Shown: positions 14,084 through 27,809, counted from the stretch's first letter. The stretch: 64,000 nucleotides of DNA from Flaccisagitta enflata (GCA_965153355.1 OZ231126.1:44888001-44952000), one strand, 5' to 3'. Notes: a model not told the origin generated them from the letters alone. Translations and numbers: made by a program.

Positions 14084-14454
14084 AATATTTTTTTCAGGAT
14101 GAGGGTGGTGAAAATCGCGAATTGTAAAACTTACAGTAGAATCCCGCTCCAACGGATCCGTTACGAGCAGAAACCCGCCTCCAATGCATGATAAGCTAAA
14201 GTCCCAACTTATTCCCTTTATTTTTCTTGTTAGAAAATTCTGTCTGAACCGGTTCCGCCTGTAGCAGAAATTTTGGCTTGAACGCAAATTTTTTGGCCAT
14301 TAAAAGTTGACTGTTCCCGCCCTGACCGGAAATTAGCCCTGACTGAGGAAAAATGGTAATTCAGGATTGGCGATGATCTGCATCGATTCGGAACTATCGG
14401 CGGAATGTAAGCGGTATGAGGAGGAGGGGGGAAAAGAAGAAGCAAAAGAAAAAA

Positions 14455-14660
<206 letters not shown>

Positions 14661-15176
14661 GGAGAAAAAGAAAGAGAGATGATGGTGATGACAAGTGCAT
14701 ATGCTTCATCAATGGTGCAAGCATATAAATGCGCTTGGAAAATGGGGATCTTTGAATTCACTAGTTCAAACGAATTGTTGAATCGACTCAAAATCCATGA
14801 AAAGCTTGACACCAAGGCAGGTGTTTCCTTTTTTTTATTTCACCTTCTCGCATCGCAGCTTTCTTCGCAGTAGGTCTTCTCGGTTAAAATTTGTCTCATA
14901 TCCCTTCTTCATTAATCATTGCTTGTTCATCGATTGTTCATTTCCGTTTTGTTTTGGGAATAATCTATACATGAATGGCTAGCGTATCCAATTAAAGTGT
15001 CTGTGTGCCATACAGTCTTTTTTTCTGTCCAATTTTTTATCTTTAAGGGTCTGCTTGTATATCAGTTTCTCTTGGTCTGTCGTCTGTCTTTGTCTGTCCA
15101 TCTGTCTGTCTGTCCATCTGTCTCTGTCCATATGTCTGTCTATATGTGTCTGTCTATCTATCTGTCTATCTGTCTA

Positions 15177-15256
<80 letters not shown>

Positions 15257-15261
15257 TCTCT

Positions 15262-15329
<68 letters not shown>

Positions 15330-15808
15330 GTGACAGTGCCGATTGGCTCTAACGGAAGTCCGTTTCCAACAGATAAAGAAGTCCAGTCCCTTGAAATCCG
15401 TTCGAGCGGGGTTTGACTGTACCTGGAAAACATGTTTCTGGCTTTGAGTAGAAACGCACCCTATATTGGATATCAAACCCTAGTCCTTTCAAATCATTTT
15501 CTTTTAATCTCTATATTGGCAATAATAGAAATCCACCCGTAATGGTTAAAATTTGTTTTTCCTTGACATCCATTATTGCGGGGTTCAACTGTAATTCAAA
15601 AAGAGATTGAATGTCGAATGATAATGAAGAGGAGGTACAGGTACAGGTACAGGTACAGGTAAATCTGCCAACGAAAAGGAGAATTGAACGGCAAATTGTG
15701 GAGCAAAGATGGAGATATAGAAGAATATGGGGATGGAAAGGCATACGGGAGGATCGGATGGCCAAATAAGGGTGGTGATATTGCCGAGGTCACCCGCCCG
15801 ACTACAAG

Positions 15809-15926
<118 letters not shown>

Positions 15927-16395
15927 CATAGATCATTCTGTGTCTAAAATTTACATCAGGCCCGCCTTAAAAAGTGGCTCTATGATTTTCATTTACGTTT
16001 GATGTTCTGTCTGTCTAACAAGAAAACAAGGCCGGATACACGGCTACCCCAGTCGCGTGCGGGTGGGAAGGGGCCATGATTGAGGTCAGTGGAGCATTTG
16101 GGCAGGAGGGGTAGCACGCGACTAAAAAATAAAGATCAATGAATGTAAGAAAACATAAAGGACAGAAAGAAAAAGAAGACAGAGACCAAGAGATTAAGTG
16201 TAAGTTCATACTACACAGACAGTCTGGCGGTGAAGGGGAGGGGGGGGCGGGGACCCAAACAGACAGACTATGAAACAGAGCAACTGTCTGTTAGAACCCC
16301 CCCCCCCCCCGTCCAAAAAAAAAGGATCAAAAGGTTGATGAGAGATGAATGAAAAAGCAGAAATTTTGAATTAAGGACAAGAGTTTAAAAGAAAA

Positions 16396-16503
<108 letters not shown>

Positions 16504-16515
16504 AAAAAAGAAACA

Positions 16516-16579
<64 letters not shown>

Positions 16580-16583
16580 AGGA

Positions 16584-16647
<64 letters not shown>

Positions 16648-17117
16648 AAGAAAGAAAGAAAGAATGTGAGAAAGAAAAAAGCTAACGAAATGAATAAAGA
16701 AAAAGAAGTAAAAGAGATCAATGAGTTGGGCTAAGGTTGATGGAAGAAGTTTTTGAGTATTGCGTTTAGTCGGCACTTTCCTTTTGTTTGGCAAGATGGA
16801 ATTGAACAAGGGTTACATGCCTAGACTGAACCGGCACAGAATGGCAAACAGTTTGTTGCATGGCTACCCCAGTCGCGTGTGGGCGGACCGGATAGGGCCA
16901 GTGATGGAGAGGGGCATCTGGATAGGTTAAGAAAGGCCCAAAAGCTTATAAAAGCCAAAATTAATTGGGAACGGACCAACCGACCGAAGAATCGTCGGAA
17001 AATCAAAGCGTAGTATGCTACTAGAAATATTTCACAAAACATTTATTCAAAATAACATTATCTCGAATAGATTTTACATTTCTACTTCAAGTTTGTTATC
17101 ATGCAGATCACACAATA

Positions 17118-17717
17118 CTATCTTGCTCAAATTAAGAGTCCTCATAGTAAACTTTAGACGTTTATTCTGAAATATTGATTGACAAAATTTGTTTTCTCAT
17201 GACAAAAATTAATTTTAGTATATTTTGGCATCAACTCCTGCTTTCATAGTATTTGTTATAGTGTCATATGACTGTATCATTGATTTGCAAGTGACATGTT
17301 TCTCAACTTTTTATCAGATTTTGCCACTCTGAATTTATGGGGAAGACTGCACTGATTCTGTTGTAAAATCTCAACAATTTGAGCAAATGAGCTCTGCTTG
17401 GTGGCAAATGAAAGATCTTTCGAAGCTCTTTACAATGGTTACCGATTTTCCTATGTTTCTATGATTGGTGTATACAGGACATATCAAAATACAACTGCTA
17501 GAATTTCAAAAGAAAATTTTTACCTCGTAAATCAAGGTGAATCATTTTACCTTTTCTGCTGTAAAATCTAAACGGATAGAGCTACAAAACTCTGCTTGCT
17601 GGCATTTGATCGCATTTTTGCAGAGCTTTCTAATGGTCACTGATTTTCATATGTTTTTATGAAAAATTTGCCCACAATTTAAGAAAACATGGCGGACTCT
17701 TATTTTGAGCAAGATAG
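17118..17717. mobile_element. TA-flanked CTATCTTG MITE
   Basis: ta-ctatcttgctcaaattaagagtc / gactcttattttgagcaagatag-ta. Confidence 0.85.
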
Positions 17718-20022
17718 TAATCCAGAAGACTTTAGGTTATCTGTAGCTTCAGTAATTGCTGCAAAGACAAAAAAAGACCATATTCGAAAACTCTGCGGCA
17801 CAACTAAAAACAATTGGCTCAACAGTACTTCTGGCATACCTCTTACCTCTTATCCCCTCTTTTAGATATTCATTGCTGAGAGCTTGTGATCATTTTAAAA
17901 GGGCTGTACTGTTTTTTAAGCGAGTAAAATTAAATTTCTACTAAAACAAACAAGCCGCTCAAGCGTTGTTATGGTTAGCAGTTACCGATGCCCCATTTAT
18001 TCTTTTAATAAGCTGTGCAGTAAGAGTTTTTTAAATTTTCAAAGTACATCAAAATAATGATAAATCTTTAGCTCAAGAAAGCTTGTCGGTATTCACAATG
18101 TTTCTATTAAAATTTTCCCACAATGATGAACAAGTTTGGCAGATGTGATCCGATTATTATCATGGAACATATCTTGATCACGATATGATCGAGGCTGATC
18201 AAGGATCGAGGATGATCTTGTGTTCATTTTCAAACTTATCATTTCATTCGAATCTTCGCTACCAGATGGCAGTGACGGTTGGGTGGGTTTTACGCCCGAT
18301 GAAAATGATCGACCTGGCTAACTAATCCTCAATCAATTTCTCCCACATTTTTGGCGGTTTTGTCTCTAGCGTGTCTTGTATGTATTTTCAATCATTGTGT
18401 GAATTGCATTAGCCTATTCATCCTCTACTGTAGAAAGCTATCTTGTTTATCTTTTACTTATTTGATTAGAGACTGTGTATGGTTAGTGTTCAGTAAGTAT
18501 TACAAATTTCCTGTTTTTTTAGATGCGTCCTCGCATCTCTATAAAAGGGTCTGAAGGAAGGAAGGTCAGTGATGAGAAATTTTCAAAAGACGATTTTTAG
18601 GGTTTTCTCTTCATTTCTCTTCATGTCTATTCATATCTTATATTTCGTATGTCTCTTTCATCTCTTTTGTCTCTTTTGACTCTTTTGTCTCTTTTGTCTC
18701 TTTTGTCTCCTATATATCTCTTATGCCTCCTATATTTCTCTTATATCTCTTATGTCTCTTTGTCTCTTTTGTCTCCTATGTGTCTCTTATATGTCTCTTA
18801 TGTCTCTTATGTCTCTTCATGTCTCTATATGTCTCTTATGTCTCCTCATGTTTCCTCATGTTTCTCCATGTCTCTCCAAGTCCCTTCATGTCTCTTTGTG
18901 AGGATGAGGCGAGGGGAGGGTTGGGGTGGGGAGGCGTGGGGGGAGGGTTGGGGAGGCCTGGAGGGGAGGGGTGGGGAAGCGTGGGGGGGAGGGGAAGGTG
19001 GCGTGGGGGGAGGCGTGGGGGGAGGGGTAGAGGTGAGGCGGGGGGGGAGGGGTAGGGTGGCGTGGGGGGGAGGGGTAGGGAGGCGTGGGGGGAGAAAGGA
19101 ATCAGTTTATATTTTTCTCTTTATCTCTGAATCTTTATATTTTCATGTTATTATATCTTAATATCTTTAAATCTTAGTAATTTGTATGACTATATCTTAC
19201 ATCTAAAGAGGACGCATCTCATATCGACAAAATCGCTGTAAGTTCGGCGGCCCCGGATCAAAACAAACCTGAACGATAATGTAGCTTACCGTAATGAATT
19301 GGAATTTTCGTATGCATCTCAATCTATCTTCAGCATCTGGCAAATTTCATCATTATGTAACGACATCGACCCGCTTATTCAGTATCAGAAAGAAATGTAG
19401 GTCACAAATTAACAATTAACACCTTACTATCGTACATCGAAGCGCCAATTAAGATTTCTTTTCCAAATATCCAGGAAAAAGTTTACCGACGGCAATATGC
19501 TAATTAGCGCAAATGACTATCTCAGAGGAGATTACTTCTAAGCGAAAACATCTTAAAGATCACAAATCCATGATGGTTAAAACTCTTTATCGGCTGAATC
19601 AGAATATTCCGTACATCCACATGAACAGGATTTTTTAATAAAGAAGTAGATTTTGGCACTGTTAACATGAAAAAGCACAGAATGAATTTATTCTTTTGCG
19701 TCGTCAGATTTGGTCTGACACTTAGAATTGTTTTATTTCGGTTGTCCTCAATTCCATCTCTCTTAGACTAGGAGATCTATGAGGCTGTTGTCAATTTCGT
19801 CGGGGATGTCCACCGATACTATCTGTTGAGACGAGGCGAGATAAATCACAGGCAGCGTTGCCGGCAACGAGGAAGGCAGGAAAGAAGAAGCAGGCAGAGG
19901 AATAGGGGAGCGAGGAAGAGAGGAAAGAGGAGAAGAAAGAGGAGGAGGCAATGAAAGATGAAGAGAACGATCTGACGATTGAGGAGGTGATGGAAGTAAC
20001 GTTTGCGTCAAGCCCTTCGGGT

Positions 20023-21579
20023 CACAGTGGGCCTTAATTGGATACCAATTTAACAAGGTGCGACCTGTGGATCGTCGAACGAATACGTTACCATCTTGGC
20101 CATAAATATACGGACAGTAGGTGTATAAGTTGATTCATTGTCCAGAAGTGAGCAACAAATATATCAAAATGCATCTAATATCAAGTATGACCATGGTTGG
20201 CATCCACCAACGCCTGCAAACTGTTTGGTATCGACTCATAGAGAGACTGAAGGTACTCTGGAGTAGTGTTGTTCCAAACCTCAAATGCAATTCATTTCAG
20301 CCCTGCTGAGAATAGTGTTTTCCCGTATTTCTGCATGTTTTCCATTTGAATCTTTGAAATCTCAATTGAATTGAGATCCAGACTGATCTGGGCTAAGCCT
20401 TGACGAGCTTAATTCATCGAACTTGCAGTACAAAAGGCGCAGTGCGCCAATGCACTAAATTCCATAAACTTAAAAAGATTTGCTAGCACATCTGTAAAAA
20501 GCAAATGTTTTCTTCATTCAGCTCTTATTTCTAAACGAATAAAGATACAGGAACCAGCTTGGTCTCATTTGATAGATTTTTTGAAGATGCGAATTTTGAA
20601 AAAAAACCATCCCACTGCGATTAAAATCTAGTGAGCTATGACAGTTTAAAGCTGTCCGTATACTTTTGGCCAAGATGGTACCAACCGACCGACCAACCGA
20701 CCGACCAACGGACGGAGCCAGTTATAGAGGTGCTTTGTCGCACCTAAAACAAGGGCGGATACACGGCTACCCCAGTCGAGTCCGGGTGGGCAGGGGCAGA
20801 GTCAGAGAAGGTCACCAGAGCATTTGGGCAGGAGCAGTAGGCTCAAAAAGCTCAGAAACGCCGAAAAAGTAAAAAAGGGGACCACCGATTGACGGACCGA
20901 TGGACCAACAGAACGACAGACCCATAGACCAATGACTGACGGACCGACACAGCAGGGTGTAGAGTTGTGTAGCACACAACTAAAAATCCCCGATTGTGGT
21001 GATTTACATGTTGCACATGGCACATAAGTAGGTAAATTCTAAGAAAGCAAATTGAGGTTGACCCCTGAAAAAAAAATTTCCCTTCAAAATTTTTGCAAAA
21101 ATCACTAAAACATTTCCAATTTTTTAAATATTTGATATAAATCTTCAGAAATTATGTTCTGAAATTCTTACTCAAGATTCATATTCCTGGTAAAATTTCC
21201 AATTGTTTGATAGATTACACTATGTAATTTTTCAAAAAACAAAATTTTCATTTTCTGAGCTACCGTTTTAACAAAAACAATAGTGGCCTAGTATACAGAA
21301 ATTTTATTTCTTCATGAAAGTGTATATTGTGACCTATCAAATGGTTTGAAATTTCACCAGGAATATGAATCTTGAATTAGAATTTCTAAACATAAATGCC
21401 GAAAATTTCTATCAAATGTTCATAGAAATTGAAACTTTTTAGTGATTTTTGCCAAAGTTTTCAAGAGAAATTTCTTTTTAAAGGTTAACATCAATTCTTC
21501 ACTGTAAAATATACCTAATAATACAAGTCACTATCATAGGGGATTTTTTTTAACTCGTTTCCAATTAAGGCCCACTGTG
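20023..21579. mobile_element. CACAGTG-ended fold-back DNA transposon (CMC group, Chapaev/Transib-like) with nested insertions
   Basis: TIRs cacagtgggccttaattgga / tccaattaaggcccactgtg; GGGT duplicated at 20019-22 and 21580-83. Long inverted arms continue at about 20984-21200 and 21350-21550. Confidence 0.85.
20091..20678. mobile_element. TA-flanked CCATCTTGG MITE nested in a HINE
   Basis: TIRs ccatcttggccataaatatacggacag / ctgtccgtatacttttggccaagatgg; homologous along its length to 8830-9421. Confidence 0.9.
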
Positions 21580-24454
21580 GGGTGAGACATTCAGCTAGAA
21601 AGTTTCCTTGCGTGTCTTTGCCCAACGCTGCTTCTTTAGAATTCGCCGCCGCAAAATACCGTACCGTTTTCGCAAGGGCTAGCCGTTCCTTAGTCCTAGA
21701 TGCCTGATTGAAATATATGCGATTTGGTTTACATTAGATGGAATGACGCGATTATATTTACCCTCCAGCGATTATGATTTGTTTATTCATTCATTTATAT
21801 TTTCATTGGAAAAGCAAAAAAATAAAAAATAAAAAATGAAAAAAAAAAAAACAACGCGAAAATACATTCATCCATTCATTCATCTATTCCTAGATACATT
21901 CATTCATTCATTCATTCATTCAATCATTGATTACCTTCTTCGTTCATTTATTCAATCATTTATGACCATTCCAGTTGTCACAGTGTTGCTGGTCTCATTT
22001 ATAAAGTCTTGTACAGTAGTATGGTATAATTGACCTTGAGGCAATAATGAAATACTTAAGATCCTCCTAGTCTTACGTGGTTTAGTTAACCGCTTGCAAC
22101 CCACGCTCGATCCAAAATGCGCCACTTACGGCAACCGCAAAAACTGCTTGCTTTATATTCGAGGAGAGCGGGACAATGGATGGAGTTTCTCGTAAAAACT
22201 GCAGATGGTAGAAAACGGGAAAGATGGTCATTTGTACCATAGCCCCAGAATTAAACAGGTGAATCCACCATGAAAGAAAGAAAGAAAGAAAGAAGGAAAG
22301 AAACAAAGAAAGAAAGAAAGAAAGAAAGAAAGAAATAGGTAAATATGTAAAACAAAAGAAAGAAAGAAAAAAGAAACAGGTCGCTCTAGCGTCATATGAA
22401 CAGCGGTTCCCATTGCCCCATTGTTAGTTATTGTTATGAAAAAAGAATGAGGTTAATGGGGCAGTGGCCCCGGAGGGGCCGATGACCTATGATTCCACAT
22501 AGGGCAATTTATTTTTCTTTCGATAGTACTACCTTTAATTTTTTTTTCATTTTCATTCTACTAAGAAGGCCTAAGAAGGCTGAATTGTGGTCTTGAAGAG
22601 CTGATTTGAACCCTGAGAGGACCAACTTCAGGCCTGAGTAGGCTGATTTGGGGTCTGGATGAGTTGATTTGAGGCCTGAGAGGGCTGGTTTAAGGCATGA
22701 AAAGGCCAATTTGAGGTCTGGAAGAGCCGATATGAGGCCTGAGAGGACTTATTTTAGGCCTGAGTAGGCTGATTTCAGGCCTTAGAGGACCGGATTCAGG
22801 CCTGAGGCCCCGGCGGGGGGGGGGGAGACGACACCACAAGACAGAGAAACGAAATTATCCTATGTGGAATCATAGGTCATCGGCCCCTCCGGGGCCGCTG
22901 CCCAAAAAAGAAACAAGAAACAGAACAAGGCCTAGTAGGCCAATAAAGTGCGCCGGGTGGATCGTCAAACGAAGGCGTTACCCGACCAACTGAACAACCG
23001 ATGGACAAAGCCTATTATATAGGTGCTTTGGCGCATCTAAAAAAAGAAAAAAGAAAGAAAAAAGAAAACGTTTCATTAAAAATAAAATCTTAAAAAAGAA
23101 TCGATTGGTATGGCCATATGGGTTAGTTACGGTATTTTAAAATGAAGGTCGTCGAATCAGTATTTTCATCATTTTAGTGCCGTTGATGCCAAAAAGCAGT
23201 GATACCAACCAACCAACAGACCTAACAACTGATCAATGGACCAACCCACTCACTGTCCCGCAAATCGGTTAAGCAACCACCTTAGCTGCTGACGCTATTA
23301 TAAATCGGTAGCAGAGCACGCGACTAAATGAAACTCTCAATCAAACAGCTTTCTTACCATCTCAAGCTGCTATTCCACCTCTTCAACATGGTCAGTAGAC
23401 TTGTGGCAGATGATTCCGTACTCGATGAAGTCGTACCCGATGAAGTCGTACCAATGAATTCGTATCCGATGAACTGGTTCCCGATGAATTTGTTCCTGTG
23501 GAAATCGTGGCCGGTGAACACGTTCCCAATCAACTTGTCATCTGTGCACGTGGAGACGGCGAGGATGTAGACGGCGATGTGGCGACGTAAAGGGCGAAGT
23601 TGTAGACGGCAAACGCGTAGACGGTGTTGTTCCAACCTCGACATCAGCCTCATCAACAGAGTCTCTTGCGGCAGCACGCTTGTTGATTCGTATCAGTCAA
23701 ATCTTCATGTTCCATACCCGTGAGCTTCTCTTCAATCGCCGAGCATGTCAAGTCTGGCCACAGATTGCTTTTTGTTAAGGAGTGTACTAAATCCCTTTTT
23801 TTTAACAAGGGGAACCCGTAAGATGACTGAATTAGTATTTAGGTTCAACAGTCTATAGATAGCCCAATGAGCTAAGCCGCTTGAACGGAAAAATATCAAC
23901 CTACCCATCATTTTCTTTGTTGATCCATGAAGCGTTGTCTTTATACGAAACAAAAACCGACTTAGCTTTGTTTTTCTCTGGCGTGTTGGTAATTTATTTT
24001 TGCAACTTATTTTCGAAATGCATCGTGGTCGGCTAACTTCTTCCCGACTCATACACGGTAAACTAGTTTCTTAGACTCAGCTAGTATACAGGTGTTTGGT
24101 CCATATGCGCCCCTATTGGACATCTCTTGGCCTTGTTTTTCGGTCTGATAGCCTTTTCACATTTTATACAAAAAGTTGTCTCTCTCGGCCTTTTAGGTCT
24201 CGGATCGACGACTTTGCGAGGTCCTGTGTCGGTCAGTCGGTCAGTCAGTCAGTTCATCCGTCCGTCCGTTCATTCACCCGTCGTTCGGTGATGCTTGATC
24301 GAGTTCAGAATTGTGAAAACGCGCGTTTCCGCCCCTGCCCACTCGTCTGCGGCTCGTTATGACCACGGTCCATCCGTCCGTCTGTCGATGGAATGCTTTC
24401 ATGACGTGAAATCGGACGGAGCGGTGATTTCCGAGCATTGCTGTCCCTGCCCAC

Positions 24455-24793
24455 TAGGGTGACTTAAAATATGGTCAAATCCGAGTCTCGTCTTCCTTGC
24501 GGGAGAAATGTGACCATTTCCATCGTAGATGGTAACTCTAAAATCTGGAGATGATCAGACAAAGTTTACTCATGGCCGCAACCCTACCCCATTCCCATTA
24601 TAAAATATAGGAAGCTGCAGAGGCCAAAATCCTTCCTGTAAATTTTCTATGGGAAATGAGGGGGGGTTGCGGCCATGAGTAAACTTCATTTGATTGCCAC
24701 CAGATTTTAGGGTTATCATCTGTGATGGAAATGGTATCATTTCTCCCGCGAGGGAGACCAGATTCAAATATGACCATATTTTCAGTCACCCTA
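24455..24793. mobile_element. hAT-type fold-back MITE
   Basis: TIRs tagggtgacttaaaatatggtca / tgaccatattttcagtcacccta; exact 8-bp TSD CTGCCCAC. Confidence 0.9.
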
Positions 24794-25473
24794 CTGCCCA
24801 CCCACTAGGCCACATTACTGCTCCTGCCCACCCACTAGGCCACATTACTGCCCCTTGTACCCGCCGTGTTTTCGACCTCGAATTTTCCTTCTTTCCTCGC
24901 CATTCGGCGTTGCTTGAGCAAGCTGCGTGGATGCGTTTCCTCTTCTTCGTGGCTCTCATGACATTTTCTTTTGCCTCTTTGACAAGAAAAATGGGCTGAG
25001 GAAGAGATCAATATCAGTCTTGAACCTTAACCCTCGGCTTGCCTCTTGAAATATGGTCACCATATGATCGCTTAATGAAGTTTAGCTACCCTCACGGGTT
25101 TCGACGTTTATATATGTTCACCGATTTATTGTCTTAAAATAAGCTAAGGACCATCGATGGTTGTTACCCTGTCGTCATTCGTTCTTCCTTGTTCCCTTGT
25201 TTTCTTCACGCTATCTTTGTTTTCATCCTTGCTTCCTTTTCCTTTCATTTTGTGCCTCCTTTCCTTACTTCTTTCATTTCTTTCTCCATTCCTCTCTCCC
25301 ACCCTCCAGTTCTTCCTCCTTTTTTCTATTTTATTTCTTTCTCCACCTCTCCTCAACTTCTCTTCCTTTTGTTTGAACTGGCATTGATTCTATCAACATC
25401 TTTTTTTCTTACTCTGTCTCCAGTTTCACTTCCGCTTTCTTTGTCTCTCGATTTCTTCCTTTCTCTCTTTCTC

Positions 25474-25545
<72 letters not shown>

Positions 25546-25559
25546 TCCTTCTTTCCTTT

Positions 25560-25619
<60 letters not shown>

Positions 25620-25728
25620 GCTTTCTTTCTTTCTTTCTTTCTTGTTCTTTGTTTCTTCCTTTCTTTCCTCCATTCTTTTTTTCTCTCTTCCTTTCAATTT
25701 TTTTTTCTTTCTTTTTTCTTTCTTCCTT

Positions 25729-25785
<57 letters not shown>

Positions 25786-26303
25786 CTTGCTTTGTTTCTT
25801 TCTTTCTTTCTTGTTCTTTGTTTCTTCCTTTCTTTCCTCCATTCTTTTTTTCTCTCCTACTTTCATTTTTCTTTTTCTTTTACGTCCCCCCTTCGAAGCT
25901 TCTTGAGCCTCAAATTCTCATCAAATAACATGGGAAATTGACAAAATGCAAACTTCCTATTGAATAACATGGAAAATTTGATGGAAACTAGAAAAATGAA
26001 AAATTCCTATTGAATAACATGGCAAATTGACAAAAAGTTGAAAAAAAAAGCAAAATTCCCATTGAATGATATGGAAAATTGCTACCAAGGCCTCATATAT
26101 GCCCTCTCAGGACGTATGGAAATTTACCCCTGTGTCCTACAGGACATTGCCCCTTTGGGGCCGCTGCCCTGCTGTCACTCTACTTCTTCAGGTAATAACT
26201 CCAAGCAGGGCATCGGGTACCGCTGACCATGTGCGATCCTTGGATGACTTGTTTTTTCTTTCTTTCTTTTTTCTTTCTTCCTTTCTTTCTCTCTTTCTTT
26301 CTC

Positions 26304-26377
<74 letters not shown>

Positions 26378-26674
26378 TTTCTCTCTTTCTTTCTTTCTGT
26401 CGTTCTTTCTCTCTTCCATCTTTTTTTTTCTTTCTCTGTCTTTCTTTCTGTTTGCCTGTCTGTCTGTCTGTCTATCTGTCTGGTTGTCTGTCTGTCTGTC
26501 TGGCTCTCTCTCTCTCTCTCTCGTCCTGACGCTTAGAGACTGTAAAGCCCTCCCTCTCTCGGGGTTTCGTCGTCGCGCCGCCGTCTCATTAGAGATTTTT
26601 ATCTTGTTTTTCTTTCACTGCATCGACATTCTTGTCTCTCATTTCGTTTAGTTAACAACCGAGCAAAACCTCTT

Positions 26675-26732
<58 letters not shown>

Positions 26733-27128
26733 TTCGCGTGTTTCCTTTCGTTCTTTCTTTCCTTCCGCTCTCACGTTTTCTCCCCGCGTTCAGATGCAGA
26801 TGGATGTAAAGCGAATTTATTGACAAACCTTGGAACGAAACATTGACTGTTTCCACTTAAACGAAGGCTCAGTCAAAGCTATGTACCTGATTGAATGCGT
26901 TACGGGCGAACAGATGGTATAATAAACCGACTTACGGATGAACACGGCCTCATGAATGGCCTTATGAAGCTTTCTCACGCTGAAGGTATTCCGAAACGCA
27001 TTTCATAATCAGTTTGTGGTGGTTGTAGAGAGTGGCCGGGGATACCTGCCCATAGGACCATAGCGCCGAGGCGGGAGAACTGATGCCCATAATTAGAGAT
27101 TTCCTGCTCGTTTCTTTTCTTCAAAGCG

Positions 27129-27223
<95 letters not shown>

Positions 27224-27516
27224 GATAGTGGTTGTTTTTTGTTTTTTCGTTCTTGCTGTAGTTTTTTAGTCGCGGACACGCGACTCTATAACCCACTTTT
27301 CGGTCCGTCGGTCCGTCGGTCAGTCCGTTTGTCCGTCCGTCGGTCACAAAGTTGTTTTTCGACTTTCTCCGCTCCTGCCCACCCGTCCGCGACTAATGCT
27401 GCCGTGTATACGGCCTTGTTTTTTTATTGTTCTCCTTCTTTCTTTTCTTCTCTTCTCTTCTTATTCTTATTTCTTATTCTTATTTCTTTTTCCTTGTCTT
27501 TTTCTTCTCCATCGCC

Positions 27517-27809
27517 CACCGGGTAAACTTTAGCATGAAATAGTGAGATTAAACCATGAGATTGCTCAGGGTCGCTTGGGGTTGCTCGGGTTGCCTCAAC
27601 TCAAGATAGATGTTATCAATATCATTTGTCGAAATTTTTCAGTGTAGTGTAGCACTGTTGCTAATGTTAATAATGTTTCTTTTTTGTTCTTTTGAAACAG
27701 TACAACCCCGAACAACCCCAAGATACCCTGAGCAACCCCAAGCAGCCCCGAGCAACCCCCGTGGACCCCGGGGCCCCCGGGGTTCGATTTCACCTCAGAT
27801 TACCCAGTG
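27517..27809. mobile_element. Small CAC...GTG fold-back element
   Basis: caccgggtaa / ttacccagtg ends and inverted gttgctc-ggggttgc repeats; TSD imperfect. Confidence 0.55.

Larger units (their letters stand above)
13707..14138. mobile_element. Inverted-repeat element with two outward-facing tRNA-like units
   Basis: Outer inverted repeats gttttgcaaatcgcgattttac / gtgaaaatcgcgaattgtaaaac. Each arm has an A-box/B-box unit followed by aat(a)tttttttcagg. Confidence 0.6.

Noticed and set aside
23354-23677. FIG-repeat reading (NKFIG NQFIG YEFIG) as a neuropeptide precursor
   Set aside because: No basic cleavage sites after the glycines; the Ser/Thr frame explains the repeat better.
23500-23680. 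Possible TGA read-through or alternative genetic code
   Set aside because: The long exons of the RasGEF and glycosyltransferase genes contain no in-frame TGA; decay or sequencing error is the simpler explanation.
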